From Rhodopila sp. (lineage in GTDB: Bacteria; Pseudomonadota; Alphaproteobacteria; Acetobacterales; Acetobacteraceae): a stretch of 64,000 nucleotides of DNA. Where the stretch lies: the NCBI RefSeq assembly GCF_965277825.1, contig NZ_OZ255846.1, positions 352,010 to 416,009 of the forward strand, read 5' to 3'. A model generated the notes under the pieces. The model had not been told where the DNA came from, made no database searches, and saw nothing but the letters and a program-made list of their open reading frames with translations. A program made the position numbers and the translations under genes. Each line of letters starts with the position of its first letter. Position 1 is the first letter of the stretch. This document shows, piece after piece, positions 42,329 to 52,171 of this stretch.

Positions 42329-42640
42329 ATGCGCGCTGTTCGTGCTTTGACGGGTGGTTTCGGGATCTCCGCCGACCAGCCGTGGCTGCCGGGACTGCCG
42401 CATGTGGCGGCGGCGCTGGCGACGTTGCTGGTGTTCGATGGCGCGGCCTTTGTCACCGGGCTGATGCTGGCGACGCTGGCGAGTTTCGTGGTGTATCTAC
42501 CGGTGACGGCGTTGGTGCTGAACGGCGGCCGAGCGATCGCGGCGGACGGGCCGGCTCCGTTGTTGCCTCTGGCGGCGCAGTTGTTGCTGCTGGGGTTGTG
42601 GACGGCGACGGCTTGGGTCGGGGCGGCGCTGGTCGGGTAG
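42329..42640 (+). CDS. small hypothetical membrane protein
   Basis: 103 aa with three hydrophobic segments. Codon usage looks consistent with the neighbours. No family recognised. Confidence 0.5.
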   Translation: MRAVRALTGGFGISADQPWLPGLPHVAAALATLLVFDGAAFVTGLMLATLASFVVYLPVTALVLNGGRAIAADGPAPLLPLAAQLLLLGLWTATAWVGAALVG

Positions 42641-42651
42641 GCGGTTGTTTG

Positions 42652-42731
42652 GCCCGATGCGGCCCATACTTGCCCGAGGCGGTCCATAGTTGCCCGAGGC
42701 GGTCTTTACTTATCCGATGCGGTCCATAGTT
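42652..42731. repeat. 20-bp tandem repeat x4 (gcccga.gcggtccatagtt)
   Basis: Four contiguous units ending 45 nt upstream of the wrbA ATG. Confidence 0.9.
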
Positions 42732-42775
42732 AGTGGACGACGCCTTGGGGCGGTGAAGCCGGACAGGAGTTCAAG

Positions 42776-43375
42776 ATGGCCAAGATTCTGGTGCTGTATT
42801 ATTCCGCTTATGGTCACATCGAGACCATGGCGAACGCACAGGCTGACGGGGCGCGCGGGGCGGGTGCCCAGGTCGATGTCAAGCGCGTGCCGGAGCTGGT
42901 TCCCGAGGAGCGGGCGCGGAGTTCGCACTTCAAGCTGGACCAGCCGGCGCCGGTGGCGGTGGTGGCGGACCTGGCGAATTACGACGCGATCATCGTCGGC
43001 ACCGGCACCCGGTTCGGCAGGATGTCATCGCAGATGGCGAGTTTTCTTGATCAGGCGGGCGGATTGTGGGCGGCGGGCGCGCTGAACGGCAAGGTAGGCG
43101 CGGCGTTCGCATCGTCGGCGACGCAGCATGGCGGGCAGGAGACCACGTTGTTCTCGATCATCGGCAACCTGCTGCATTTCGGCATGGTGGTGGTCGGCAT
43201 GGATTACGGCTACGCCGGGCAGATGACGCTGGACGAGATTGTCGGCGGCGCGCCGTATGGTGCGACCACGATTGCCGGCAGCGATGGGTCTCGGCAGGTA
43301 TCGCAGAAGGAACTGGACGGGGCTCGGTATCAGGGGCGGCGGGTCGCGGAGGTGGCGGCCAAGCTGTTCGGGTAG
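42776..43375 (+). CDS. wrbA: NAD(P)H:quinone oxidoreductase WrbA
   Basis: [19 protein letters not shown] and the flavodoxin-like WrbA insert; 199 aa. Confidence 0.92.
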   Translation: MAKILVLYYSAYGHIETMANAQADGARGAGAQVDVKRVPELVPEERARSSHFKLDQPAPVAVVADLANYDAIIVGTGTRFGRMSSQMASFLDQAGGLWAAGALNGKVGAAFASSATQHGGQETTLFSIIGNLLHFGMVVVGMDYGYAGQMTLDEIVGGAPYGATTIAGSDGSRQVSQKELDGARYQGRRVAEVAAKLFG

Positions 43376-43501
43376 GGGCTGAGGCGGCGGGCGAGAGGAC
43401 GTCCTCTTGGTATGGGACGCTTATCGCGCGTCACGATCGCCTCAGCGGGCTTGCGGCCGCGAGGGCGCCGCCAATGTCGCGGACAGGCAAAGGAGGCTGT
43501 G

Positions 43502-43714
43502 ATGGCCAAATTACTTCGTCCCGGCGACAAGGTTTCCTGGGGCACATCCCGAGGGCCCACCAAAGGTGTCGTGGAGGAAAAAGTCACGTCCACCACGAAG
43601 GTCAAAGGCTACGTGGCCAAGGCCAGCGAGGCGAACCCGGAATATAAGGTGCGGAGTGAGAAGACGGGGGCGGAGGCTGTCCACAAGCCGGAGAGTTTGC
43701 GTAAAGTCCGATGA
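43502..43714 (+). CDS. DUF2945 (HVA-Tudor-like) small protein
   Basis: MAKLLRPGDKVSWGTSRGPTKGVVEEKVTS...YKVRSEKTG..A.HKPESL is the typical pattern. AAGGAGG lies upstream of ATG 43502. Confidence 0.75.
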   Translation: MAKLLRPGDKVSWGTSRGPTKGVVEEKVTSTTKVKGYVAKASEANPEYKVRSEKTGAEAVHKPESLRKVR

Positions 43715-43905
43715 AGCCTGCGTGACGGGCCACTCGGTTATTGACACGAACCGGTCCGATGGCCCCAGACTGGTGGTGTCCAAGGAGGTAACCCCGCGCT
43801 TGCGCGCCCAGGCCCGTTGTTGCGCTTGACCCGTCCGGTCGAGCCAATCATTGCTTCCGCCGCCGATGCCGGAACGGCCCGGCTTGGTTGTGTGGAGCGG
43901 CATTG

Positions 43906-45330
43906 ATGACCGGAACCGAACGCACCGGAACTGAAGGCACCGGAACCGAACGGACCGGAACCGAACGGAAGCGTCTGCATGTCATCACCTGGGGCTGCCA
44001 GATGAACGTGTATGACAGCGGGCGTATGGCGGACGTTCTGGCGCCGATCGGCTACGCGCCGGCGGCGGTTCCGGACGGCGCCGACATGGTGATCCTGAAC
44101 ACCTGCCATATCCGCGACAAGGCGGCGGAGAAGGTATTTTCCGAGCTGGGACGGCTGCGCCGATTGAAGGAGGCGACCGGCAACCGGATGATCCTCGCGG
44201 TGGCCGGCTGCGTGGCGCAGGCCAAGGGGGCGGAAATCCTGGTTCGGGCGCCGTATGTCGATATCGTGCTGGGACCGCAGACCTATCACCGGCTGCCGGA
44301 GATGGTCGCCCGCGCGGCTCGGACCCGTAGCAGGGGGAACGGCCGGGGGGCGGGGGTGATCGAGACCGATTTCCCGCCCGAGGACAAGTTCGATCAACTG
44401 CCGCAGAGCGACGCCCCGCAGGGCGTGACGGCGTTCCTGACGGTGCAGGAAGGCTGCGACAAGTTCTGCAGTTTTTGCGTTGTGCCGTACACGCGCGGCG
44501 CCGAACAGAGCCGATCCGCCGACAGCATCCTGCGCGAGGCTTGTCACCTGGCGGCGCAGGGTGCGCGCGAGATCACCGTGCTGGGCCAGAACGTCAACGC
44601 CTGGCATGGCGAGGCGCCGGCCGGTTCATCCGGGGCCTGGGGCCTCGGTCGGCTGCTGCGTGCACTGGCCGAAATTCCGGGGCTATGCCGGCTGCGCTAC
44701 ACCACGTCTCATCCGCGCGACATGGACGATGACCTGATCGGCGCGCACCGCGACCTGCCTGCGCTGATGCCGTATTTGCATCTGCCGGTGCAGTCCGGTT
44801 CGGACCGCGTGCTGGCGGCGATGAACCGCAAGCACTCCGCCGCGGACTACCGGCGCCTGGTGGAACGGCTGCGCGCGGCGCGGCCCGACCTGGCGCTGTC
44901 GTCGGACTTCATCGTCGGCCATCCGGGGGAGACCGAGGCCGACTTCGAGGCCACGATGGCGCTGGTGCGTGAGGTCAGGTTCGCCCAGGCCTACAGTTTC
45001 AAATACTCGCCACGGCCGGGCACGCCGGCGGCGGGCGCGGCGATGCAGGTGGCGGAGGCGGACAAGGATCGGCGGCTGCGGACGCTGCAGGCGCTGCTGC
45101 GCGACCAGCAGGGCGAATTCGCCGCCGGCTGCGTGGGGCTCGATCTGGCGGTGTTGTTCACGGGATTTGGCCGCCACCCTGGTCAGATCGTCGGGCGTTC
45201 ACCATTTCTGCAGCCTGTACATGTGATGGGACAGGCCGGTCTGATTGGTACTGAATCGATTGTGCGAATCGTTGCGGATATGCCAAACTCATTGGCGGGA
45301 ACCCTTGTCGAGGAGAGACGAATAGCTTGA
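43906..45330 (+). CDS. miaB: tRNA-i6A37 methylthiotransferase
   Basis: [11 protein letters not shown], radical-SAM [15 protein letters not shown], and a TRAM C-terminus. The N-terminus carries four TGTE(R/G) pentapeptides from a 15-bp repeat. Confidence 0.92.
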   Translation: MTGTERTGTEGTGTERTGTERKRLHVITWGCQMNVYDSGRMADVLAPIGYAPAAVPDGADMVILNTCHIRDKAAEKVFSELGRLRRLKEATGNRMILAVAGCVAQAKGAEILVRAPYVDIVLGPQTYHRLPEMVARAARTRSRGNGRGAGVIETDFPPEDKFDQLPQSDAPQGVTAFLTVQEGCDKFCSFCVVPYTRGAEQSRSADSILREACHLAAQGAREITVLGQNVNAWHGEAPAGSSGAWGLGRLLRALAEIPGLCRLRYTTSHPRDMDDDLIGAHRDLPALMPYLHLPVQSGSDRVLAAMNRKHSAADYRRLVERLRAARPDLALSSDFIVGHPGETEADFEATMALVREVRFAQAYSFKYSPRPGTPAAGAAMQVAEADKDRRLRTLQALLRDQQGEFAAGCVGLDLAVLFTGFGRHPGQIVGRSPFLQPVHVMGQAGLIGTESIVRIVADMPNSLAGTLVEERRIA

Positions 45331-46406
45331 CACAGATCGCCGTCCCCCGGGCCACGCCTCCGGCACCGGCTGCCTCCGCCCCCACCGGCGGCAAGGCCAT
45401 TACCCTGAAGTTCAACGACAACACCTTGCTGCCGCTGTTGTTGGGGGACCACGACCGGCATTTGGTGCGGATCGAGCAGGCGTTGGGGGTCCGGCTGTCG
45501 TGCCGGGGCAATCGGGTGGCGATCGCGGGGGACGCGGTTCGGGTGGATGTGGCCCAGGAGATGCTGCGCGGGCTGTGGCGGCGGCTGGAACGCGGCGAAA
45601 GCGTCGGGCGGGCCGAGATCGAGGCGGCGATCCGACTGGCGGATGCGGAGAACGATCCGCGATTGCCGCTGTCGGACCTGCCGGCGATCCGCACCCGGCG
45701 AGGCGAGGTCGGTCCGCGCAGTCCGGGCCAGGCGGAATATATCGAAGCGTTGGCCAATCAGGAGATGGTGTTCGGGGTCGGGCCGGCCGGGACCGGCAAG
45801 ACCTACCTGGCGGTGGCGCAGGCGGTGGCCATGCTGCAGGCCGGCAAGGTGGACCGTATCGTGTTGTCGCGTCCGGCGGTCGAGGCCGGCGAACGGCTGG
45901 GGTTCCTGCCCGGCGACATGAAGGAAAAGATCGATCCGTATCTGCGGCCGCTGTATGACGCGCTGCACGACATGATGCCGGCCGACCAGGTGATCCGGCG
46001 CATGACCAACGGCGAGATCGAGGTGGCGCCGCTGGCGTTCATGCGCGGGCGGACGCTGGCGCATTGCTACGCCATCCTGGACGAGGCGCAGAATACCACG
46101 CCGATGCAGATGAAGATGTTTCTGACCCGGATGGGGGACGGGACCCGCATGGTGGTCACCGGCGACCTCAGTCAGGTGGATCTGCCGAACGGGGTCCGCT
46201 CCGGTTTGCGGGATGCGCTGGACACCTTGGAGGGTATCCAGGGTATCGGCGTGGTGCGGTTCGGACAGCGCGACGTGGTGCGGCATCCCCTGGTGGCGCG
46301 GATTGTTGGCGCGTATGATCAGCGCGATGCGGCTTTGGGAGAGGCGCGCCGGGAACGGGAGCGGCCGAAAACCAGCGAGCAATTGAACAGCGATGGAACC
46401 TCCTAG
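45327..46406 (+). CDS. phoH: PhoH-family ATPase
   Basis: Walker [22 protein letters not shown], and [12 protein letters not shown] 45327 overlaps the miaB stop. The start codon is uncertain. Confidence 0.88.
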   Translation: MTQIAVPRATPPAPAASAPTGGKAITLKFNDNTLLPLLLGDHDRHLVRIEQALGVRLSCRGNRVAIAGDAVRVDVAQEMLRGLWRRLERGESVGRAEIEAAIRLADAENDPRLPLSDLPAIRTRRGEVGPRSPGQAEYIEALANQEMVFGVGPAGTGKTYLAVAQAVAMLQAGKVDRIVLSRPAVEAGERLGFLPGDMKEKIDPYLRPLYDALHDMMPADQVIRRMTNGEIEVAPLAFMRGRTLAHCYAILDEAQNTTPMQMKMFLTRMGDGTRMVVTGDLSQVDLPNGVRSGLRDALDTLEGIQGIGVVRFGQRDVVRHPLVARIVGAYDQRDAALGEARRERERPKTSEQLNSDGTS

Positions 46407-46845
46407 TAGCCGTCCGTCCGACGCAGGTGGTGGCGCCATCGAGATCGTCGTGACGGATCCGGCCTGGCACCGACTGATACCGAACGCTGGTGCGATCGTG
46501 CGTCGTGCGGCCTGTGCCGCCGGTATGGCCGGCACCGTGGTGCTGGCCTCCGACCGTGTGCTGCGGGGTTTGAACGGGCGCCATCGCGGCAGGAACAAGC
46601 CGACCAACGTGCTGACCTACGCGCAGCCGGCGCCGGAGGTCATTCTGGCATTGGGTGTGGTGCGTGCCGAGGCCGCCGCGCAGGGCCGGCGGCCGGCCGA
46701 TCACCTGGCCCACCTGGTGGTGCATGGCGCGCTGCATCTGGGCGGCGCGGAGCACGATCATCCGGGCCAGGCGCGTCGCATGGAAATGGCGGAGGCGCGG
46801 ATCCTGCACCGTATCGGTGTGCCCAATCCGTGGAAACACCGATGA
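46393..46845 (+). CDS. ybeY: rRNA maturation endoribonuclease YbeY
   Basis: HLVVHGALHLGGAEHDH zinc-binding motif. Confidence 0.9.
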   Translation: MEPPSSRPSDAGGGAIEIVVTDPAWHRLIPNAGAIVRRAACAAGMAGTVVLASDRVLRGLNGRHRGRNKPTNVLTYAQPAPEVILALGVVRAEAAAQGRRPADHLAHLVVHGALHLGGAEHDHPGQARRMEMAEARILHRIGVPNPWKHR

Positions 46846-47723
46846 GCAGCCATCGCGGCACGTTCCTGGGCCGGCTGGGTCATCTGCTGGGGCGCAGGCA
46901 GGGCGAGCACTCGCTGCGCGAATCGATCGCCGAACTGGTGCAGGAAGCCGCCGACGCGCAGCAGCTTCCCGGCGAGCAGCCGGAGCTGGATCGGCATGAG
47001 CGGCTGCTGATCGCCAATGTGCTGCGGCTGCGCGAGACCACCGCTGACGACGTGATGTTGCCGCGGGCCGATATCGTGGCGATGCGCGCGGACGTGACGT
47101 TGGCGCAGGCGATCGAATTGATCCGCAATGACGGCCATTCCAGGCTGCCGGTGTATCGCGAGCAACTGGACGATGTGATCGGCATGATCCACATCAAGGA
47201 TGTGTTCGCCTATGTCGGCCGGCCGGAGGCGTTTTCGCTGGAGGCGATCCTGCGCAAGCCGCTGATGGTGGCGCCGCAGTTGCCGGTGCTGGACCTGCTG
47301 CTGCAGATGCGCACGCAGCGTATCCATCTGGCGCTGGTGGTGGACGAATATGGCGGTATCGACGGGCTGGTGACGATCGAGGACCTGGTGGAGACCATCA
47401 CCGGCGACATCGCCGACGAGCACGACGACGTCGAGGCGCCGATGATCAGCGAACGCCCGGATGGCGCGATGGACCTGAATGCTCGGATGCCGATCGAGGA
47501 TTTCGAGAGCAAGGTGGGCCGCATCCTGACCGAGGACGAGCGTGACGCCGACATCGACACGGTCGGTGGGCTGGTGTTCACGCTTGCCGGGCGGGTGCCG
47601 ACGAGGGGCGAGGTGATCAGCCATCCGTCTGGCATTGAATTCCGCGTGCTGGACGCCGATGCAAGGCGGATCCGGCGGTTGCGCGCGCGGCGGACGCAGA
47701 CCGAAGCGGCCGCCGCTGCTTGA
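46842..47723 (+). CDS. corC: CBS-pair / CorC_HlyC domain protein (magnesium/cobalt efflux-associated, TlyC-like)
   Basis: DVMLPRADIVAM, SRLPVY, ALVVDEYGG..GLVTIEDLVE, and a C-terminal transporter-associated domain. ATG 46842 overlaps the ybeY stop (ATGA). Confidence 0.88.
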   Translation: MSSHRGTFLGRLGHLLGRRQGEHSLRESIAELVQEAADAQQLPGEQPELDRHERLLIANVLRLRETTADDVMLPRADIVAMRADVTLAQAIELIRNDGHSRLPVYREQLDDVIGMIHIKDVFAYVGRPEAFSLEAILRKPLMVAPQLPVLDLLLQMRTQRIHLALVVDEYGGIDGLVTIEDLVETITGDIADEHDDVEAPMISERPDGAMDLNARMPIEDFESKVGRILTEDERDADIDTVGGLVFTLAGRVPTRGEVISHPSGIEFRVLDADARRIRRLRARRTQTEAAAAA

Positions 47724-47810
47724 GGTTTGGTGCCAGGCCGGTCGTGCGGCGATCGCCTCAGGCCGCCGGCGATAGCACGTGGAGTGCCAGGCCGGCGTGC
47801 CGCGATCGCG

Positions 47811-48122
47811 TCAGGTCGCCGGCGACAGCACGTGGATCACCCGGCTGGCGATCAGATCCTTGGTCTTGGCGGCGTATTCGGCCATGTGGGCGGACGCGCC
47901 GTGGGCTTTGAGGTGGTCCATGCTCTGCCATTTCTCGATCACCACGAAGGTGTCGGCGCCGAACGGGGTCTGGATACGGCCGGCGTCTTCGGCGTCCACG
48001 GCGGGACCGTACTCGATGCAGCCGGCCTCGGCGTGGACGGCGGGCATGTTGGCGCGAAAGGCTTGCAGGAGGTTCTCGCGGTTGCCTGGCTTGGCGGTGA
48101 TGATGGCGAGGACGTTGATCAT
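47811..48122 (-). CDS. antibiotic-biosynthesis-monooxygenase (ABM) domain protein
   Basis: 103 aa with the INVLAIITAKPG..., E.GC..Y, and EKW.S.D.L.AH pattern. Confidence 0.8.
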   Translation of the reverse strand: MINVLAIITAKPGNRENLLQAFRANMPAVHAEAGCIEYGPAVDAEDAGRIQTPFGADTFVVIEKWQSMDHLKAHGASAHMAEYAAKTKDLIASRVIHVLSPAT

Positions 48123-48366
48123 TCGGTGGTTTCCTTCTGTCGGATCGGCGCGGTTTCGGGAGAGAGGTCCGGGTCCGCGCACGACCCGGGGGATGATGCG
48201 CCGATTGGGCCGGCGCGCGAAGACCGTCGGGGTCGGGCTGGTGGCTGGTCGGGCGGTTTCGTTGCTGTGTTCGGGGCTGCCGCGACGGTCGGGGTGCGGT
48301 TTGATGTCGCGGCGCTCGGTGCGGATCGGTTATCACCGCGGTCCCCCGATGTGAGCATGACGCCTT

Positions 48367-48624
48367 ATGACGAACGCCTCCACGATCCTGCTGTTGCCGT
48401 TCATCGTCGCGTTTCTGATCTTCGTGCTGCGGTTCTACAGTCGCGAGGGGGCGGCTTCGATGGGGCAGCCGAGTTTCCTGCTGGCCGGGCTGACGGTGCT
48501 GATCGCCGGGGGCTATCTGGTGCTGGGGGTGATGGGGGTGTTGCCGCCGTACAGCACCGCGGGCTTCGCCGCGATCGGGCTGATCCTGCTGGGCACCGCG
48601 ATCCTGCGCATGTTCATGATCTGA
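48367..48624 (+). CDS. small hypothetical membrane protein
   Basis: 85 aa with three hydrophobic helices. No family recognised. Confidence 0.45.
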   Translation: MTNASTILLLPFIVAFLIFVLRFYSREGAASMGQPSFLLAGLTVLIAGGYLVLGVMGVLPPYSTAGFAAIGLILLGTAILRMFMI

Positions 48625-48627
48625 CGG

Positions 48628-48882
48628 CGGGCGTTATACGAACCCGGCGTCAAGTGAACCCGGCGTCATCCGAAGCGGGCGTCATCCGGGCTCGAGCGCA
48701 ATCCGGGCCCGAGCGTCATCTGAACCGGGGCGTCATCCTAATCTGGGCATCGTCCGAACCTGGCGTCATCCGAACCTGGGCATCGTCCGAACTGGGCGTC
48801 GTCCGAACCTGGCGCCGAACCGCGCGTGATCCGAATCTGGGCGTGATCCGAATCTGGGTGTGATCCGCATCGGGCGTCATTG
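48628..48882. repeat. degenerate 16-17-bp tandem array, ~15 units (ctgggcgtcatccgaac)
   Basis: Read directly. Fills the gap between the small membrane-protein gene and the stop (48877) of the convergent zinc-ribbon gene. Confidence 0.85.
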
Positions 48883-49557
48883 CTGTAGCAGGCGGGACCA
48901 GAATCCGGTGGTGGCGCGTTTGGCGTTGGCTACATGGGGGGTGTGCGAGGGCGGCGGCAATGCGCTGCTGATCAGGTGGCGGCCGATGTCGCGCGCGGCG
49001 ATCCGGCTGCGCTGGAAGGCAATGAGCTTGGCGGCGAGCTCGTCCGGTCCGTGCTGGGACATGTGGGTTGCCCAGGCCTCGGCTTCCTGGAACAGGGCGG
49101 CGCGGCGCAGCACGTCCAGCCGGCGCAGACCGAGTTCGACGTCGGTGGTGGCGTCCCACAGCGCCGCGACCTCGGTCCTGAGGCGAGCCGGTTCGGTCAT
49201 CGCAGCGGCATCGTCGGCCGCCCAGGCGGCCTGCAGCAGGGCCTCGGCCTGGGCCGGACGGTCGCCGGTGCGCTGGCAGATCAGCGCCCAGCGGCGGAAC
49301 GGCAGGGTTTCCTCGGGCGCCGAGGTGGTCAGTGTGCGGTATTCGTCAGAATCCACCACCGCGCGCGCGGTGGACGGCAGGGCGGCGAGATCCGGCGCGG
49401 CGGCGCCGCAGGTGGGGCAGAGTTGGATCCAGTCGCGCAGGGTGGAGCGTGCCGGTTCGCCTGGGCGCATGTCGAGGTCGGGAGCGATTTCGGGGGCAGG
49501 GGCCCGGAACGGTGAGCGGACCGGGCCGCCGCAGGCTCCGCAAACAGGTTCGGTCAT
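48877..49557 (-). CDS. hypothetical zinc-ribbon plus helical protein
   Basis: CGACG ... CPTCG (two CxxC pairs ~38 aa apart) followed by an Ala/Leu-rich helical region. A 4-nt overlap with the upstream aminotransferase gene suggests coupling. Confidence 0.6.
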   Translation of the reverse strand: MTEPVCGACGGPVRSPFRAPAPEIAPDLDMRPGEPARSTLRDWIQLCPTCGAAAPDLAALPSTARAVVDSDEYRTLTTSAPEETLPFRRWALICQRTGDRPAQAEALLQAAWAADDAAAMTEPARLRTEVAALWDATTDVELGLRRLDVLRRAALFQEAEAWATHMSQHGPDELAAKLIAFQRSRIAARDIGRHLISSALPPPSHTPHVANAKRATTGFWSRLLQQ

Positions 49558-50705
49558 CGTGCCATCTCCGCCCGTATGCCATCACGCAGGCGCTGCATCG
49601 CCCGCTCCATCAATCCGGCCGATTGCGCGAAACAGACCCGCAGCCAGCCTTCGCCGGCTGATCCGAACGCCACGCCCGGTGCGACGGCAACGCCGTGGCG
49701 GGTCACCAGTTGCTTCGCCAAGTCGAGGCTGTCGCGCAATCCGTCGACCTGCAGGAAGGCATAGAATGCGCCGGCGGGTGGCTGGTAGCGGATCCCGCCT
49801 AGTCCGGTCAGGGCTTGGGTGGCGAGGTCGCGGCCGATGGCGCAATGGGCGCGGAACCGGTGCAGTGTGTCGGTGTCGGCGATGGCGGCGACGCCGGCGA
49901 GCTGGATGAAGGGCGCGACGCCGGAATGCAGGGTCTCGACCAGGTCGACGATGAGTTCGCTGGTTCCGGCCGGCACCACCAGCCAGCCGAGCCGCCAGCC
50001 GGTCATCATCCAGGTCTTGGAAAAGCTGTTGCAGACGATGATGCGGTCGTCCGGTTCGGCGATGTCCAGCATCGAGGCGGCGGCGTCGCTGCCGTCGTAG
50101 ACCAGGCGGGAATAGACCTCGTCGCTGATCAGCCAGGCGCCGTGGCGCTGGGCGATGTCGCGGATGGCACGCAGTTCGGCCTCGGTCGCGGTCCAGCCGG
50201 TGGGATTGCCGGGCGAGTTCAGCACCAGGGCGCGGGCGCCGTCCATCATCATGTCCAGGCGATCGAGATCGAGGCTGAAGCTGCCGTCGGGCTGGACGTC
50301 GAGGTCGATCTGTTCGACCACGGCGCCGCGCAGCACGGCGGCGCTGGCGATGTTGGGCCAGGCCGGGCTGGGCATCAACACGCGATGACCGGGACGCAGC
50401 ACCGCGGACATCGCGACCGCGAGCGCGGTCATGCCCGACGCGGTCACCTGGATGCGGGCTTCCGCCACCGGTTTGGCATGCAGCCGGGTCAGGTAGCCGG
50501 CCAATGCTTCTCGGAGTGCGGGCAGGCCGCGGACGTCCGGGTAGCGCGTATGTCCTTCGGCCAGGGCGCGGGTTGCGGCGTCGCGGGCCGCCAGCGGGCT
50601 GGGCTGATCGGACTCACCGAAGCAGAGCAGATCGACGTCTGGGGTGGAAAACGCGAGGCGGGCGACCTCTAGGATGCGCGAGCCCGGAATGACGGTAAGG
50701 TCCAT
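49554..50705 (-). CDS. pyridoxal-phosphate-dependent aminotransferase (class I/II)
   Basis: NSPGNPTGW, DEVYSRLVY and the NSFSKTWMMTGWRLGW (PLP-Lys) motifs. Confidence 0.9.
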   Translation of the reverse strand: MDLTVIPGSRILEVARLAFSTPDVDLLCFGESDQPSPLAARDAATRALAEGHTRYPDVRGLPALREALAGYLTRLHAKPVAEARIQVTASGMTALAVAMSAVLRPGHRVLMPSPAWPNIASAAVLRGAVVEQIDLDVQPDGSFSLDLDRLDMMMDGARALVLNSPGNPTGWTATEAELRAIRDIAQRHGAWLISDEVYSRLVYDGSDAAASMLDIAEPDDRIIVCNSFSKTWMMTGWRLGWLVVPAGTSELIVDLVETLHSGVAPFIQLAGVAAIADTDTLHRFRAHCAIGRDLATQALTGLGGIRYQPPAGAFYAFLQVDGLRDSLDLAKQLVTRHGVAVAPGVAFGSAGEGWLRVCFAQSAGLMERAMQRLRDGIRAEMAR

Positions 50706-50865
50706 GGGCGACCGTATAACGGCTTTTGCTTTGATTCGGTATCATTCCCGATGCGCCTCGAGCCGGGATCGGGATTAAATCTGCCTCCGCCGTGGTGTCG
50801 GGCGGCGATCCGCAACGATCCCGGCGTTGTCCGGAGCCTGGACTGGCGTGGCGTGGCCGCGCTGG

Positions 50866-51219
50866 TCAGCGCGGGAGCGGGGGCGAAGCGGGTGGGGTGC
50901 GTTCCGTGTTGGTGCCGGTGTTGCGGATGCAGTTGCTGACCATGCGGTCGTGCACGAACAGGTCGGACAGGCCGCGGGTCGAATCGCCCGAGACGTAGTT
51001 GGCTGAATATGGGGTGTTGACCTGTGATTGGGGGCCGTAGATCTCGGCGCGGTTCTGCTGTTCGTAGGCTTGTTCGGCGCGGTTTTCACAGGCGGCGCGG
51101 GTCTCGGCATCGGCTCGGGCCTGCCCGGTTGGCGCGGGGCGATCGCAGCCGGCCAGGGCGACCGCGAGCAACAGGGCGACGGCTGGGATTTGGCCGAGGT
51201 CGAGGCGGGGGCGGTGCAT
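50866..51219 (-). CDS. hypothetical lipoprotein
   Basis: Lipobox LAVALAGC after a signal peptide. The start overlaps the stop of the upstream ORF. Confidence 0.55.
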   Translation of the reverse strand: MHRPRLDLGQIPAVALLLAVALAGCDRPAPTGQARADAETRAACENRAEQAYEQQNRAEIYGPQSQVNTPYSANYVSGDSTRGLSDLFVHDRMVSNCIRNTGTNTERTPPASPPLPR

Positions 51220-51785
51220 CAGCGGGCTCCTGACAAGCGTTGCGCCGGTTGCGCGGTTTCGATCTGAAAGCCGCTGATGAAGCGCGACAGCCGGGTTCGG
51301 AAGCCGGCTTCATCGAAGCGGGCCTCGGTGGTGAGTGGCTGGCTGGCGGCGGCCTTGAGCAGAGCGGGATGAAATTCGGCACCGTCGCGTGCCAGGTGGA
51401 ACAGCGAGCGGGCCCAGGGCGCGCGCGCCAGCAGATCGATCAGTGCCAAGAGACGCAGGCACAGGGACAGGCCGGTGGTGTTGGCGATACCGACCGAACG
51501 ATCGACCGCGCCGACCCAGCAGCGCGCGTCGCGGTCGGCCAAAGCGAGGTCGGTGTGGCTGCCGTCCGGGCGGTTGAAGCGAAAGCCGCGCACCGCGCCC
51601 TGGCGTTCCGCAAGTGCGGCTTCGCGGGCGGCGTACCAGGCTCGTTCCAGGTCGCGGCGGCCGACGCTGGGCAACGCCTCGGGCGGCAGATCGATCAGAT
51701 AGGTCATGAGCCCATCGGGATCGCCGCCGACGCGGATGGCGGCGCCGGACGCATCATTGTCCGGGGGCGGATGTCGAACGTTCAT
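51219..51785 (-). CDS. hypothetical protein
   Basis: 188-aa ORF with plausible codon usage, coupled to the lipoprotein gene. No family recognised. Confidence 0.5.
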   Translation of the reverse strand: MNVRHPPPDNDASGAAIRVGGDPDGLMTYLIDLPPEALPSVGRRDLERAWYAAREAALAERQGAVRGFRFNRPDGSHTDLALADRDARCWVGAVDRSVGIANTTGLSLCLRLLALIDLLARAPWARSLFHLARDGAEFHPALLKAAASQPLTTEARFDEAGFRTRLSRFISGFQIETAQPAQRLSGAR

Positions 51786-52171
51786 CGCGGTCAGGATGGA
51801 CCCGCGCGCGCCGCGGCGCCAGTGTCGCCTGATTTCGAGGACGAGAATTCCGTGCTGTGGGTGGGTTTGCGCAGGGCTTCGTGGCGGTGGGTCGGCGGCG
51901 TTGCCGGCGGGTTGGGTGACGGTAAGGCAGCGTCGCTAGCCTGCACCGGCGTGCCGGGTCGGGACGCGTGGCGGTCAGCGGCGACATCGCGTTGGGTCGC
52001 AAGGCGGCCGGCCGATCGCTGGAATCCGTCAACAGGACCATGCAACAGGCCGGGTGCTGGCCTATTGCATGGTTGTGGGCGTCAGGCGGCAGGATCGTCG
52101 CGTCTTGGCTGCAAGCAATGGTCGCGTTGGGCGTGCTAGGTCGCCTTGGGCGTACTAGGCGGACGGGCGTT

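Noticed and set aside
43888-43905. TTG 43888 as the miaB start (MCGAALM...)
   Set aside because: An ATG at 43906 follows immediately. The six extra codons have no support. The choice does not affect the repeat observation.
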